19,700 bases of DNA from a virus: the UHGV virus genome UHGV-0129547; one strand, written 5' to 3'. Every line of letters begins with the position of its first letter. Position 1 is the first letter of the stretch. This document shows, piece by piece, positions 1 to 6,986 of this stretch. Under the pieces are notes generated by a model. The model saw only the letters and a list, made by a program, of their open reading frames with translations. It had not been told where the DNA came from and ran no database searches. Both the position numbers and the translations under genes were made by a program.

Positions 1-54
1 ACCAGCGACCTGGCGATTATGAGTCGCTCGCTCTCACCACTGAGCTAAAGGGCC
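1..54 (-). tRNA. Partial tRNA with CAU anticodon (Ile2/Met type); 3' part lies beyond the window start
   Basis: Reverse complement of 1-54 reads GGCCCTTTAGCTCAGTGGTGAGAGCGAGCGACTCATAATCGCCAGGTCGCTGG: acceptor 5' half, D-arm (GCTC...GAGC), anticodon loop CTCATAA (anticodon CAT = plus-strand ATG at 19-21) and start of the T-stem. Resembles enterobacterial tRNA-Ile2 (ileX/ileY type) from memory. T-loop and 3' acceptor are not visible. Confidence 0.6.
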
Positions 55-82
55 GAGCCAAAAAATAATAATCAGATGAAAA

Positions 83-796
83 TCAATAATCAAGCCCTTG
101 CCTGGATACATATCTGTCTGGCGGGAAGCCATAATAGCGGTGAAATACAGAAATAAAGTAGGACCTGCTTGAATAACCGCATTTTTCTGCTATAGCCTGT
201 CCATATCCATGCCGGGAACATAACATATTTACAGCAACACGCATCCGCTCTTCCAGCAACAAGCGACTGAACATGCCCCCTTCATTTTTCAGTTTTGTCT
301 TTAACAAACTCTCACTCATATGCAACTGTAGAGCAATCGCACCAAGCGTCCAGCTTGCTGATATATCTGTCTGAATTATCGCCCTGACTTTGGCACTTAT
401 GCTGGATAAACATCCACTTAAAAACAATGACATCCGTTCATCTGTTTCAAACAGAGACAGGCAGGCCATCATAAGAAACATATCCGTGGCCTCTCCGGAA
501 AATCCCTGGCTGGTAATTAAAGCCGCAGCCAACGCAGGATTGTTGGGTTCCAGCAACAGGTAAAGCGGAATGTCAGTCAGACGAGTCCTCGTCAGCTTAT
601 GCTGACTTTCCAGATATTGACTTACGACGGATTCGCTTATATCGACAATTTTAACTTTGCCATAATGCATAAGGAAAAGCTCCCTGATGCATTTGGTGGC
701 CAGAACAACTGAGCCTGGCTTAAGTGACAACGTATCCTTTTCAAGAAAAATATTAATTGGGGAGCAAACCATGGTAACTGAACAGACAACAGCCAT
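83..796 (-). CDS. AraC/XylS-family transcriptional regulator (AppY/EnvY-like)
   Basis: 237-aa ORF; C-terminal AraC-type HTH signature (...IAEKCGYSSRSYFISVFHRYYGFPP...); N-terminus (MAVVCSVTMVCSP...) resembles prophage-borne AppY/EnvY-type regulators from memory. Confidence 0.8.
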   Translation of the reverse strand: MAVVCSVTMVCSPINIFLEKDTLSLKPGSVVLATKCIRELFLMHYGKVKIVDISESVVSQYLESQHKLTRTRLTDIPLYLLLEPNNPALAAALITSQGFSGEATDMFLMMACLSLFETDERMSLFLSGCLSSISAKVRAIIQTDISASWTLGAIALQLHMSESLLKTKLKNEGGMFSRLLLEERMRVAVNMLCSRHGYGQAIAEKCGYSSRSYFISVFHRYYGFPPDRYVSRQGLDY

Positions 797-918
797 TATA
801 ATTTTACTTTCATTAGCAATTGGTTAGCTCAATTATAGCCCCAAAAGGTAAATTATCATCAACACATAAGCAAAGGACTGACAGGTGTCGCCCCCCCACC
901 AGCCGCCCATTCACCACA

Positions 919-944
919 AATAAAAAGCCTTCAGGACTGAAGGC
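919..944 (-). terminator. Putative Rho-independent terminator (minus strand)
   Basis: Hairpin GCCTTCA-GGAC-TGAAGGC at 927-944 followed on the minus strand by a T-run (plus-strand ATAAAAA at 920-926). It overlaps the last codons of the 65-aa ORF. Confidence 0.4.
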
Positions 945-1128
945 GTCTGTAACAACCGCACTGATAGTCTGCCAGACCCGCCATAACAAGCTGGGTCAGT
1001 ATTAACTGGCAGCGTTCGCGTGAAAGGTAAGTATTCTGCGCAATCTCCCCGACTGTCGCCGGTTCGGTAACGCTTAATTCATCAAACACAACTCTGGCGG
1101 TTTCTGTCATATCCTGCTGTTTCAGCAT
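931..1128 (-). CDS. Small hypothetical protein (65 aa), possibly winged-helix-like
   Basis: ORF with a plausible SD (GGAAAGGG about 10 nt upstream of the ATG at 1128); segment TVGEIAQNTYLSRERCQLILTQLVMAGL looks HTH-like. No confident family assignment. Confidence 0.4.
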   Translation of the reverse strand: MLKQQDMTETARVVFDELSVTEPATVGEIAQNTYLSRERCQLILTQLVMAGLADYQCGCYRRLQS

Positions 1129-1251
1129 GTCTTTTTACCCTTTCCGGTTAACGTGACATACCAATAACTCTTGTCTAAAAAGCCAGCAAGATAAAAAGCC
1201 AGTATTCACGACCACCAGCGTGTTTACTGTACTGCACCAAGTTTACAGGTA

Positions 1252-1277
1252 CAAAAAACCCGCTCAGTGGCGGGTTT
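1252..1277 (-). terminator. Rho-independent terminator downstream of the 205-aa ORF
   Basis: Stem CCCGC(1259-1263)/GCGGG(1270-1274) with a 6-nt loop; on the minus strand the hairpin is followed by TTTTTTGT (plus-strand A-run 1253-1258). A weaker T-run also follows on the plus strand. Confidence 0.55.
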
Positions 1278-1406
1278 AAGTTGTGTGGCGAAGTAACCAC
1301 TCTTAACACACTAATAGCATTTTTGTTATAACACAAGTAGCTCATTCAGTATTTTTAGAATCTTGACTTTCTTAAGCACGGCGAACTCTGAATACCAAAC
1401 ATAAAA

Positions 1407-2024
1407 TCAATTATCTTCCAGGCCGGATGCTATCAACGAAAGCCTCTCAAAAAACGCTGTAGCAGCCTTGTCCAAAGTTGAATAAGTACTGTATTCTCCG
1501 TGTTCGGGACCAACCACTACCCATGGTCGTCTTTTTGGGATTCGGGACTTCTCAGAAATCACTGTTCCAGATATACCAATATCAATTGTTACACCTGTTA
1601 TTATTTTCTCTTCATCTCTTTCCCTGAACTCAATTGCCATAAATGCCGTTTTTTTTCGTTTCCCGTTTTTAAAAAAATCAAATAAAGCAAAGCGATGCTC
1701 ATTAAAATCAACACCCCATCGTCCTTCAGGATAAAGGGCATGAAAGTTGTCATTTACGCTCTGCATCGTCTCATAAGCTTTAACTTCTAAATCTCCATAG
1801 TGCATAGATACCGCGCAGGAGTCACTGGGTAACTGTATTTTCCCAAGATTGAAAACCTTTACTGCTCCAGAACTATGGCATCTTGCCCGCAATTTATCCC
1901 CATTTATACTAATCGGAGAAATATTCCTTAATGTTCCGGGCTGGCTCCCTCCTAAGTAAACGACTGTTAAAGATTGCTTATTTTCAATTGCATCAACTAA
2001 TACATGCTCTACATTTTTACCCAT
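1407..2024 (-). CDS. Hypothetical protein (205 aa from the preferred start), accessory gene immediately downstream of Q
   Basis: Long ORF in an AT-rich segment. Preferred start is the ATG at 2024-2022, preceded by GGGAGG with a 5-nt spacer; the ORF-track start at 2051 has no SD. No recognised family; a weak WYL/SH3-like pattern in the N-terminal 60 residues is speculative. Confidence 0.6.
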   Translation of the reverse strand: MGKNVEHVLVDAIENKQSLTVVYLGGSQPGTLRNISPISINGDKLRARCHSSGAVKVFNLGKIQLPSDSCAVSMHYGDLEVKAYETMQSVNDNFHALYPEGRWGVDFNEHRFALFDFFKNGKRKKTAFMAIEFRERDEEKIITGVTIDIGISGTVISEKSRIPKRRPWVVVGPEHGEYSTYSTLDKAATAFFERLSLIASGLEDN

Positions 2025-2099
2025 AATAACCTCCCAATGAACAGGTATCATCAGGAGGTTATAATAAAATATGATTATTTACTTTGATTGAATTTATTA

Positions 2100-2471
2100 C
2101 TATATGTAACAATCAATTTCTAAAGATACCCCCAACATTGCCAGACAACCGTCAATAAACCCTTCAGCTTTCTGCAGTCTGATAACAACCTGATTAAGTG
2201 ATATCCCCAGTTTTACCCCCAACACCCGTAATGTAACCCCATACACATAATACATTTCCAGTAATTCGTATTGATACGGTTCCTTTTTCTTAAGAACTGT
2301 CATCGCAGAGCTAATGATCAGGCCATCGTCATCGCTACATTGCGGGCGGGATTTTACTTTCGAAGGAATTAATCCCTTAAAACCTGCAGCAACAGATGAC
2401 CATTCCACATCCTCGTGATTATTTGCCACCCATGCCCCCCAACGCTCAAGAACCATCTGAATATCACGCAT
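2100..2471 (-). CDS. quuD: Late-gene antiterminator Q (QuuD-like)
   Basis: From the internal start, the protein begins MRDIQMVLERWGAWVANNHEDVEWSSVAAGFKGL..., matching the N-terminus of DLP12 QuuD / phage-82-type Q from memory. GGAG lies 8 nt upstream of the ATG at 2471. Sits downstream of rusA-ylcG as in DLP12. Confidence 0.85.
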   Translation of the reverse strand: MRDIQMVLERWGAWVANNHEDVEWSSVAAGFKGLIPSKVKSRPQCSDDDGLIISSAMTVLKKKEPYQYELLEMYYVYGVTLRVLGVKLGISLNQVVIRLQKAEGFIDGCLAMLGVSLEIDCYI

Positions 2472-2556
2472 CAACTTACTCCACAAAACTCAGACCAGAA
2501 CGCCAATTACAAGCAAAAATCAACAAAACAGTATTAGTTGATTGTTATCTCTGACT

Positions 2557-2679
2557 TCATACTCCTGCTCCTGTCAGTGTTTTGGCGTAATTCTTCAGTA
2601 TTCGGTAATCGGTCAAAACAGAACCGGGGAAACGATATAAGCGCAGACGCCCCCAGCGGTGGCGAAGAAGTTCTGCCAT
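2557..2679 (-). CDS. ylcG: YlcG-like small protein (40 aa)
   Basis: Manual translation of the minus strand gives MAELLRHRWGRLRLYRFPGSVLTDYRILKNYAKTLTGAGV, which matches DLP12 YlcG from memory; located between rusA and Q. Below the ORF-track size cutoff. Confidence 0.6.
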   Translation of the reverse strand: MAELLRHRWGRLRLYRFPGSVLTDYRILKNYAKTLTGAGV

Positions 2680-2693
2680 ATTAAACTCAAACA

Positions 2694-3056
2694 TCATTCA
2701 TTCCCCATTTCGGTGATGGTCAGTTCCAGCCTCCCACCTTTGGTAACAGGCATCTTCACAACGCGGTAATCAACGACCTGAGCATCATCCAGCCAGAAAC
2801 CTGCTTTAGTGAGTGCGTCAAAAGCGGCTTTTTGCAGATTATCCAGGTCACGGCGACGGCGATCCGGCATGTGGCACTCAATGCGGATTTTCACAGGAAT
2901 AGCCAGGCCGATATCCAGCATTGCGTTTTTAATGATTCGGGCGACGTTATCGCGGTATGCCTGCCCCTCTGCGCTGATGTGCGTGCGCCCGCGATTATGG
3001 CGGTAATAGCGATTATTGCTCGGAGGCCAGGGTAATGTGATGCTGTAGGTATTCAC
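2694..3056 (-). CDS. rusA: Holliday junction resolvase RusA
   Basis: 120-aa [29 protein letters not shown]...[11 protein letters not shown], essentially the E. coli DLP12 RusA sequence as I recall it; GTG start overlapping the ybcO stop (GTGA). Confidence 0.95.
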   Translation of the reverse strand: MNTYSITLPWPPSNNRYYRHNRGRTHISAEGQAYRDNVARIIKNAMLDIGLAIPVKIRIECHMPDRRRRDLDNLQKAAFDALTKAGFWLDDAQVVDYRVVKMPVTKGGRLELTITEMGNE

Positions 3057-3343
3057 GCCTTAATAACCCCCCCTTTCAGCCAGATAACCTGTGTTCTCGC
3101 CATACCTTCCAGCGCGCATTCTTTTGCATACTCAGCATCGACAAAATGTGTGCGGCGGTCGATTTCGTCGTGACAGGCAGAACATGCAATGGTGGCAATC
3201 AGGTCTGGCGGTTTGATACCGGTACCGCACAATCCAGCCAGCCGGATATGTGCCAGTACTGACGTTTCAGGATTGCCATTACATACGCCAGGGATTCTTA
3301 CCTGGCATTCCCGACCACGCGCTGCTTTTCTCAAATCAGCCAT
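3053..3343 (-). CDS. ybcO: YbcO-like nin-region protein (DUF1364-type putative nuclease)
   Basis: From the internal ATG at 3343 the protein reads [35 protein letters not shown]...[11 protein letters not shown]..., matching DLP12 YbcO from memory; Cys-rich. Its start overlaps the ninE stop. Confidence 0.85.
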   Translation of the reverse strand: MADLRKAARGRECQVRIPGVCNGNPETSVLAHIRLAGLCGTGIKPPDLIATIACSACHDEIDRRTHFVDAEYAKECALEGMARTQVIWLKGGVIKA

Positions 3344-3506
3344 GATTCCTCCTTGCTGCCAGTCGCAACCATTTTTTATCAACCAGGCTGGCGGTATATC
3401 CGAGCAGTGTTGGTATTTCGGATGGTTTCAGCTCAGGCTTACGCTTACGACTATTTGGTACTCTGTAGATGTGTCCGTTCATGACACGAATAAGCGGTGT
3501 AGCCAT
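3336..3506 (-). CDS. ninE: NinE-like protein (56 aa)
   Basis: Manual translation: [56 protein letters not shown]. The ATG overlaps the ybcN stop (TAATG) and the stop overlaps the ybcO start, the classic translationally coupled nin arrangement. Below the ORF-track cutoff. Confidence 0.75.
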   Translation of the reverse strand: MATPLIRVMNGHIYRVPNSRKRKPELKPSEIPTLLGYTASLVDKKWLRLAARRNHG

Positions 3507-3961
3507 TACGCCTCCTGCTTGTCGCGCAGCAGCTGGAACTCGCAGCTCTGCGGAATAGTCAGGTGGCAGCCAATATTCATCGCCCAGGCTTCAACCTTAC
3601 ACAGGAAGACATACATCTCTCCGCTATCAAGATCGGAGGTATGACGTAATGACTGAATGGTGGTGATTTCACCGGTTACGACATCAACCAGTTCCTTGGT
3701 TTCATAACCGAGATAAGTGTGTTTGAGAGCATCTTTTACCCAAGCTGGAGTGGCGAACGTTTTCCCCCTGCTGATGAGGTATTCACTGATTTCGCTGTAC
3801 CACATGTGGCTGAGTGCATTCTGGGAAAGACTGCGTCTCTCACGCCACGGTTTAAGCACCATGCGAAAGCATTTGCCGTCCTCCAGATAAGGCTGGATCT
3901 GCCGACCGATAGCGGTGAAGTTGCCGCGATGCAATTTGATACCATCTTGTGGGAGGTTCAC
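3506..3961 (-). CDS. ybcN: YbcN-like nin-region protein (DUF1367)
   Basis: 151-aa [65 protein letters not shown]..., matching DLP12 YbcN from memory. Confidence 0.9.
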   Translation of the reverse strand: MNLPQDGIKLHRGNFTAIGRQIQPYLEDGKCFRMVLKPWRERRSLSQNALSHMWYSEISEYLISRGKTFATPAWVKDALKHTYLGYETKELVDVVTGEITTIQSLRHTSDLDSGEMYVFLCKVEAWAMNIGCHLTIPQSCEFQLLRDKQEA

Positions 3962-4155
3962 GCTTCACCTCCGCAGAGATCAAACGTTGGATGCAAAATA
4001 TCGCAGGTGCATTTCTGCATCTGTGAATGGAGAAGAGAGGTTAGATTGTATGTGCGCATAAACGTCCCCGTTTAGCGCAGAAGTCACCGGAGTTGTTCAA
4101 GCTCCAATGGCATGATTATGGCTGGTTGATTATGGGAAATCAAATGTGCTGAAAA

Positions 4156-4662
4156 TTAGTCTGCCAAGTCTTCCTCCGTCACAACTGGGTAATTCCAAAT
4201 ATCAAAAAAAGCTATAGCCTCCTGCCATTTGTTCCATAAGTTATCAAGTACTTGTGTAGGTTCCGTACTTTTAAAAACAGAAACAGCCGCATCACCGTTA
4301 TGAACTTCCTCGTACAGTTCCATTATTAGCAGATTAACAAAGTACTGTTTCAACATTAATGCCTGATTACCTTCTTTCTGCTGGCTATCCTGCTTGATGA
4401 TCTCCATCGCCCGTACCAGGCACCTGATGATATCCGCTGCATCATTAACGCTCCATTCAGATCCGCGCTTATCTTTAGCTGATGTATTGGCTCTCTCAGC
4501 GCAAGCCTTTAAAGACTCATAAAGGTAAACTCTATTTTGTAGCTGCAGCGCTTTTTTTGACGTGTACCAACTTGCAAGCGCCGACCCCGCTGCGGCTAAT
4601 GTGCCAAACGCAGAAATGCCTGCTGCTATTGCACTTAAGTCGGCACTGTCAAAGTTCCACAT
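4156..4662 (-). CDS. Hypothetical membrane-anchored protein (168 aa), accessory gene
   Basis: ORF in an AT-rich segment; N-terminal hydrophobic stretch (LSAIAAGISAFGTLAAAGSALASW) suggests one TM helix or signal anchor; the rest is charged and helix-like. Separated from the antirepressor gene by a terminator. No recognised family. Confidence 0.55.
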   Translation of the reverse strand: MWNFDSADLSAIAAGISAFGTLAAAGSALASWYTSKKALQLQNRVYLYESLKACAERANTSAKDKRGSEWSVNDAADIIRCLVRAMEIIKQDSQQKEGNQALMLKQYFVNLLIMELYEEVHNGDAAVSVFKSTEPTQVLDNLWNKWQEAIAFFDIWNYPVVTEEDLAD

Positions 4663-4842
4663 TATCGTTACACCTTATATAAATACCCCTCAGTAATATC
4701 CAATAAGGTATGTGAACAATCAATATAATTTTATCCGTATCGGCACATAGCGATTTAAATGCTACTGGTAATGGTATCTTTTAGATTATTTCGTCCAGTT
4801 TACAGCACCCGTATTTTATGAAATGGACTCGCACATTACCCC

Positions 4843-4881
4843 AAAAAATGCCAGCACTTCCGTTATCGTAGAATGCTGGCA
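4843..4881 (-). terminator. Putative Rho-independent terminator after the antirepressor gene
   Basis: Stem GCCAGCA/TGCTGGC (4849-4881) with a long loop; on the minus strand it is followed by TTTTTTGGGG (plus-strand CCCCAAAAAA at 4839-4848). Confidence 0.45.
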
Positions 4882-4900
4882 GTATTTCTAACTAGTGACT

Positions 4901-5569
4901 TTATTGCAACAGATTCTGACGGAAATATGGCAACACTCTGCTCCACTTATTATCCTGCCAAGGCTGGAGTTTTACATGTGCCGTTTCTCTGGCAAGGATT
5001 TCGCGCGCCTTATGTAGTATCTGGGGATATTCTTGCCCGATAGAAGTAAAGCGACCAGCTTCGCGGTGCTCCGCAACCTGAAGAAGTGGAGTAACATTCT
5101 GGCAGGCGGTTAACATCACATCCCCTGCTCGCCATAACCAAGCAAGTGTGCAAAGTTCGTTATCAGTGAATTGTTTTATGATTGGGGATTGTTGAACTTC
5201 TCGATCGAGAATATCCAGAACCCAACGGCGGAACTCTTTGGCTACAGGAGTGCGGGCGAACATGGCGATCAAATGGGCTCCGCGGAGAGAGAAAACACGT
5301 ACTTTCTTCTTCAAGTTTCGAGTACTTTTCGAGGTACTCAGATCAAGTACCTCGACATCATTCTCTGAGGTACTGACTTCAAGCACTCTAGTCATACTAC
5401 TGGAAAATTCGTCAGCATATTTGTTGTAAATCATCGTGACTGCGCGACTATTCGAATACTTCAGTGCTCTTGCTAGGTTGGATGAAGTTAGCCATATTCC
5501 GGCAATATTTGCCACTGGCACTAGTGCTTCACCTTGGAAGTTCAGATCTGATGTTGCTACAATACTCAT
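4901..5569 (-). CDS. Antirepressor-like protein (Bro-N/KilA-N-type motif)
   Basis: Segment GAHLIAMFARTPVAKEFRRWVLDIL matches the conserved P-x-AK-x-F-x-x-WV motif of Bro-N/antirepressor domains (compare P22 Ant ...SKLPSAKRFKRWV...). Lies immediately downstream of an Arc-like gene and divergent from a Mnt-like gene. Preferred start is the ATG at 5569 (AAGGA 8 nt upstream); the ORF-track start at 5650 has a weak SD and overlaps the arc-like stop. Confidence 0.6.
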   Translation of the reverse strand: MSIVATSDLNFQGEALVPVANIAGIWLTSSNLARALKYSNSRAVTMIYNKYADEFSSSMTRVLEVSTSENDVEVLDLSTSKSTRNLKKKVRVFSLRGAHLIAMFARTPVAKEFRRWVLDILDREVQQSPIIKQFTDNELCTLAWLWRAGDVMLTACQNVTPLLQVAEHREAGRFTSIGQEYPQILHKAREILARETAHVKLQPWQDNKWSRVLPYFRQNLLQ

Positions 5570-5639
5570 GTCGATATTTCCTTCGCGGTTATTTTCGATA
5601 GAAGCCCCTAAGGTTGCCGCCAGTGGGGCTTCGCTGTTT

Positions 5640-5798
5640 CTAGCGAGCATGTATCCGTGCTCTAAATTTCAATGCCCATACAAGCGCCTGAACAATAGCT
5701 GCGTTCTCAGACATCCCTTCCTCCTGAGCAATTCGCTTGAATTCATCCTTCACTTTTTGCGGATAGCGAAGGGTAATTTTTACCTCTTTCTTTTCCAT
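5640..5798 (-). CDS. Arc-like ribbon-helix-helix repressor (52 aa)
   Basis: From the ATG at 5798 (GAGG 8 nt upstream): MEKKEVKITLRYPQKVKDEFKRIAQEEGMSENAAIVQALVWALKF..., with the RHH pattern of P22 Arc (basic N-terminal beta strand followed by two helices). Confidence 0.7.
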   Translation of the reverse strand: MEKKEVKITLRYPQKVKDEFKRIAQEEGMSENAAIVQALVWALKFRARIHAR

Positions 5799-5810
5799 TG
5801 ACATAACCTC

Positions 5811-5875
5811 ATGAGGCCACAATGACACCATGAGGCCATAATGCCACCATTGAATTGATGTGGCAATATGGCACC
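5811..5875. promoter_or_regulatory. Tandem direct repeats in the arc/mnt divergent intergenic region; putative RHH-repressor operators
   Basis: ATGAGGCCACAATGACACC (5811-5829) and ATGAGGCCATAATGCCACC (5830-5848) are adjacent 19-bp near-identical repeats; a third degenerate copy TGGCAATATGGCACC lies at 5861-5875. They sit between the divergent Arc-like and Mnt-like starts. Confidence 0.4.
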
Positions 5876-5897
5876 ATTCATTTTTTTGGGGGTTCCA

Positions 5898-6215
5898 ATG
5901 GCTGACAAACAAGTAAAAGACTACGATAAGTTTAACCTCCGTTTCCCCGATGGGATGCGTGAAGCTATAGCTGAACGAGCCAAACGAAACGGGCGCTCAA
6001 TGAATTCAGAAATCATTCAAATACTCCAAGATGCCATAGAAGGAAGTTCTGAACTATCTAAACGTTTAAATTTAGTTGGGTTTATTCGAGGTGACAGAGA
6101 GATACGTGACCTGGAAGATAATGCAAGCAAACTTGCGTTGTATATCGATCATAGAACACAAGAGTTTAAACAAATTTTATTGGAAGATTTAAAATTACTC
6201 CTTAATCATGATTAA
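5898..6215 (+). CDS. Mnt-like ribbon-helix-helix repressor
   Basis: From the ATG at 5898: MADKQVKDYDKFNLRFPDGMREAIAERAKRNGRSMNSEIIQILQDAIEG..., strongly resembling P22 Mnt (...FNFRMPMEVREKLKFRAEANGRSMNSELLQIVQDAL...) from memory. Confidence 0.75.
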   Translation: MADKQVKDYDKFNLRFPDGMREAIAERAKRNGRSMNSEIIQILQDAIEGSSELSKRLNLVGFIRGDREIRDLEDNASKLALYIDHRTQEFKQILLEDLKLLLNHD

Positions 6216-6259
6216 TGTTAACATTTTCCCAAAATCCAATTGATAGAGGAGTTATTTAT

Positions 6260-6613
6260 ATGCGTATTAAAATCATGCCTCTCCCAAGTACTATCCAAAT
6301 GGGCCAAAAAAAACGGACAACAAGTGCAGCAGTATCCACAACGTTTTTTGGCCCAAATAGTCTTAAACCACAAGGAGATAGCCTTGAAAATACAGCAAAG
6401 AAAAACTCTTCAATTTTGCGAGAAAAAAACTACAGAAAAATTGCTGAAACACTATATAAAACTGGGGTCATAACTATGGCAACATTTGATAGAGAATGTA
6501 ATTTAGGAGGTAAAGACAGAAAGTACTTGCGACATATTTTTTCCCTACTTTTGTCAGAAAAAATCAAATCAAAACAAATCAGAATAACCCGCAAGAAAAA
6601 ACAGAACAAATAA
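6260..6613 (+). CDS. Hypothetical basic (Lys/Arg-rich) protein, 117 aa
   Basis: ATG at 6260 preceded by GAGGAG with an 8-nt spacer, directly downstream of the mnt-like gene; very AT-rich, with a Lys-rich C-terminus (...IRITRKKKQNK). Could be spurious low-complexity coding. Confidence 0.35.
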   Translation: MRIKIMPLPSTIQMGQKKRTTSAAVSTTFFGPNSLKPQGDSLENTAKKNSSILREKNYRKIAETLYKTGVITMATFDRECNLGGKDRKYLRHIFSLLLSEKIKSKQIRITRKKKQNK

Positions 6614-6692
6614 AACGCCAGCGAAAACTTCTCTTTATTTTCATAAGAAAAGAGCATAATTACCAGTTTTCCATATAATCCATAAGTTATGC

Positions 6693-6986
6693 TTATGCTG
6701 TAGTCCTCCCATATACCGCCAACACCCGCTTCATCGCGGCACTCTGGCGACACTCCTTAAAAATCAGATTCGTGCTCACCTTTCCTTCCCGTTCTTCTCT
6801 GGTAGCGAACCGGTAATACACCGTTCGCCAGACCTTACCATCAATGACCAGGATTCCTGCCCGCGCCATTTTAGCCGCAGCCTGATTTATGCTGGTTACT
6901 GTTGCGCCTGTTACCGCGGTAACGTCCTGCGCACAGAAGCTCTTATGCGTCCCCAGGTAATAAATAATTGCCTCTTTGCCCGTCAT
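6693..6986 (-). CDS. ren: Ren-like protein
   Basis: 97-aa ORF MTGKEAIIYYLGTHKSFCAQDVTAVTGATVTSINQAAAKMARAGILVIDGKVWRTVYYRFATREEREGK..., near-identical to lambda Ren as I recall it; located immediately downstream of P with ATGA overlap. Confidence 0.85.
   Translation of the reverse strand: MTGKEAIIYYLGTHKSFCAQDVTAVTGATVTSINQAAAKMARAGILVIDGKVWRTVYYRFATREEREGKVSTNLIFKECRQSAAMKRVLAVYGRTTA

Noticed and set aside
820-1685. Plus-strand ORFs 820-1005 and 1500-1685
   Set aside because: The first overlaps the terminator and 65-aa ORF region with no SD; the second is antisense to the 205-aa ORF. Both have low-complexity composition.
1-2100. Lysis cassette (holin, endolysin, Rz) expected downstream of Q
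   Set aside because: None of the ORFs between Q and the tRNA has holin, lysozyme or spanin features (no small dual-TM protein, no glycosidase motifs); the block is accessory cargo, and lysis genes, if present, lie outside the window.
3189-4075. Plus-strand ORFs 3189-3644 (151 aa) and 3719-4075 (118 aa)
   Set aside because: Both lie antisense to the well-supported ybcO, ninE and ybcN genes, have no convincing SD, and have biased (Ser/Arg/Cys-rich) composition typical of shadow ORFs.
6430-6753. Minus-strand 107-aa hydrophobic ORF
   Set aside because: Overlaps the 3' end of ren in another frame and runs through very AT-rich DNA; no SD; more likely an artefact. The plus-strand 6260-6613 ORF with an SD is the better, though still weak, candidate for this segment.
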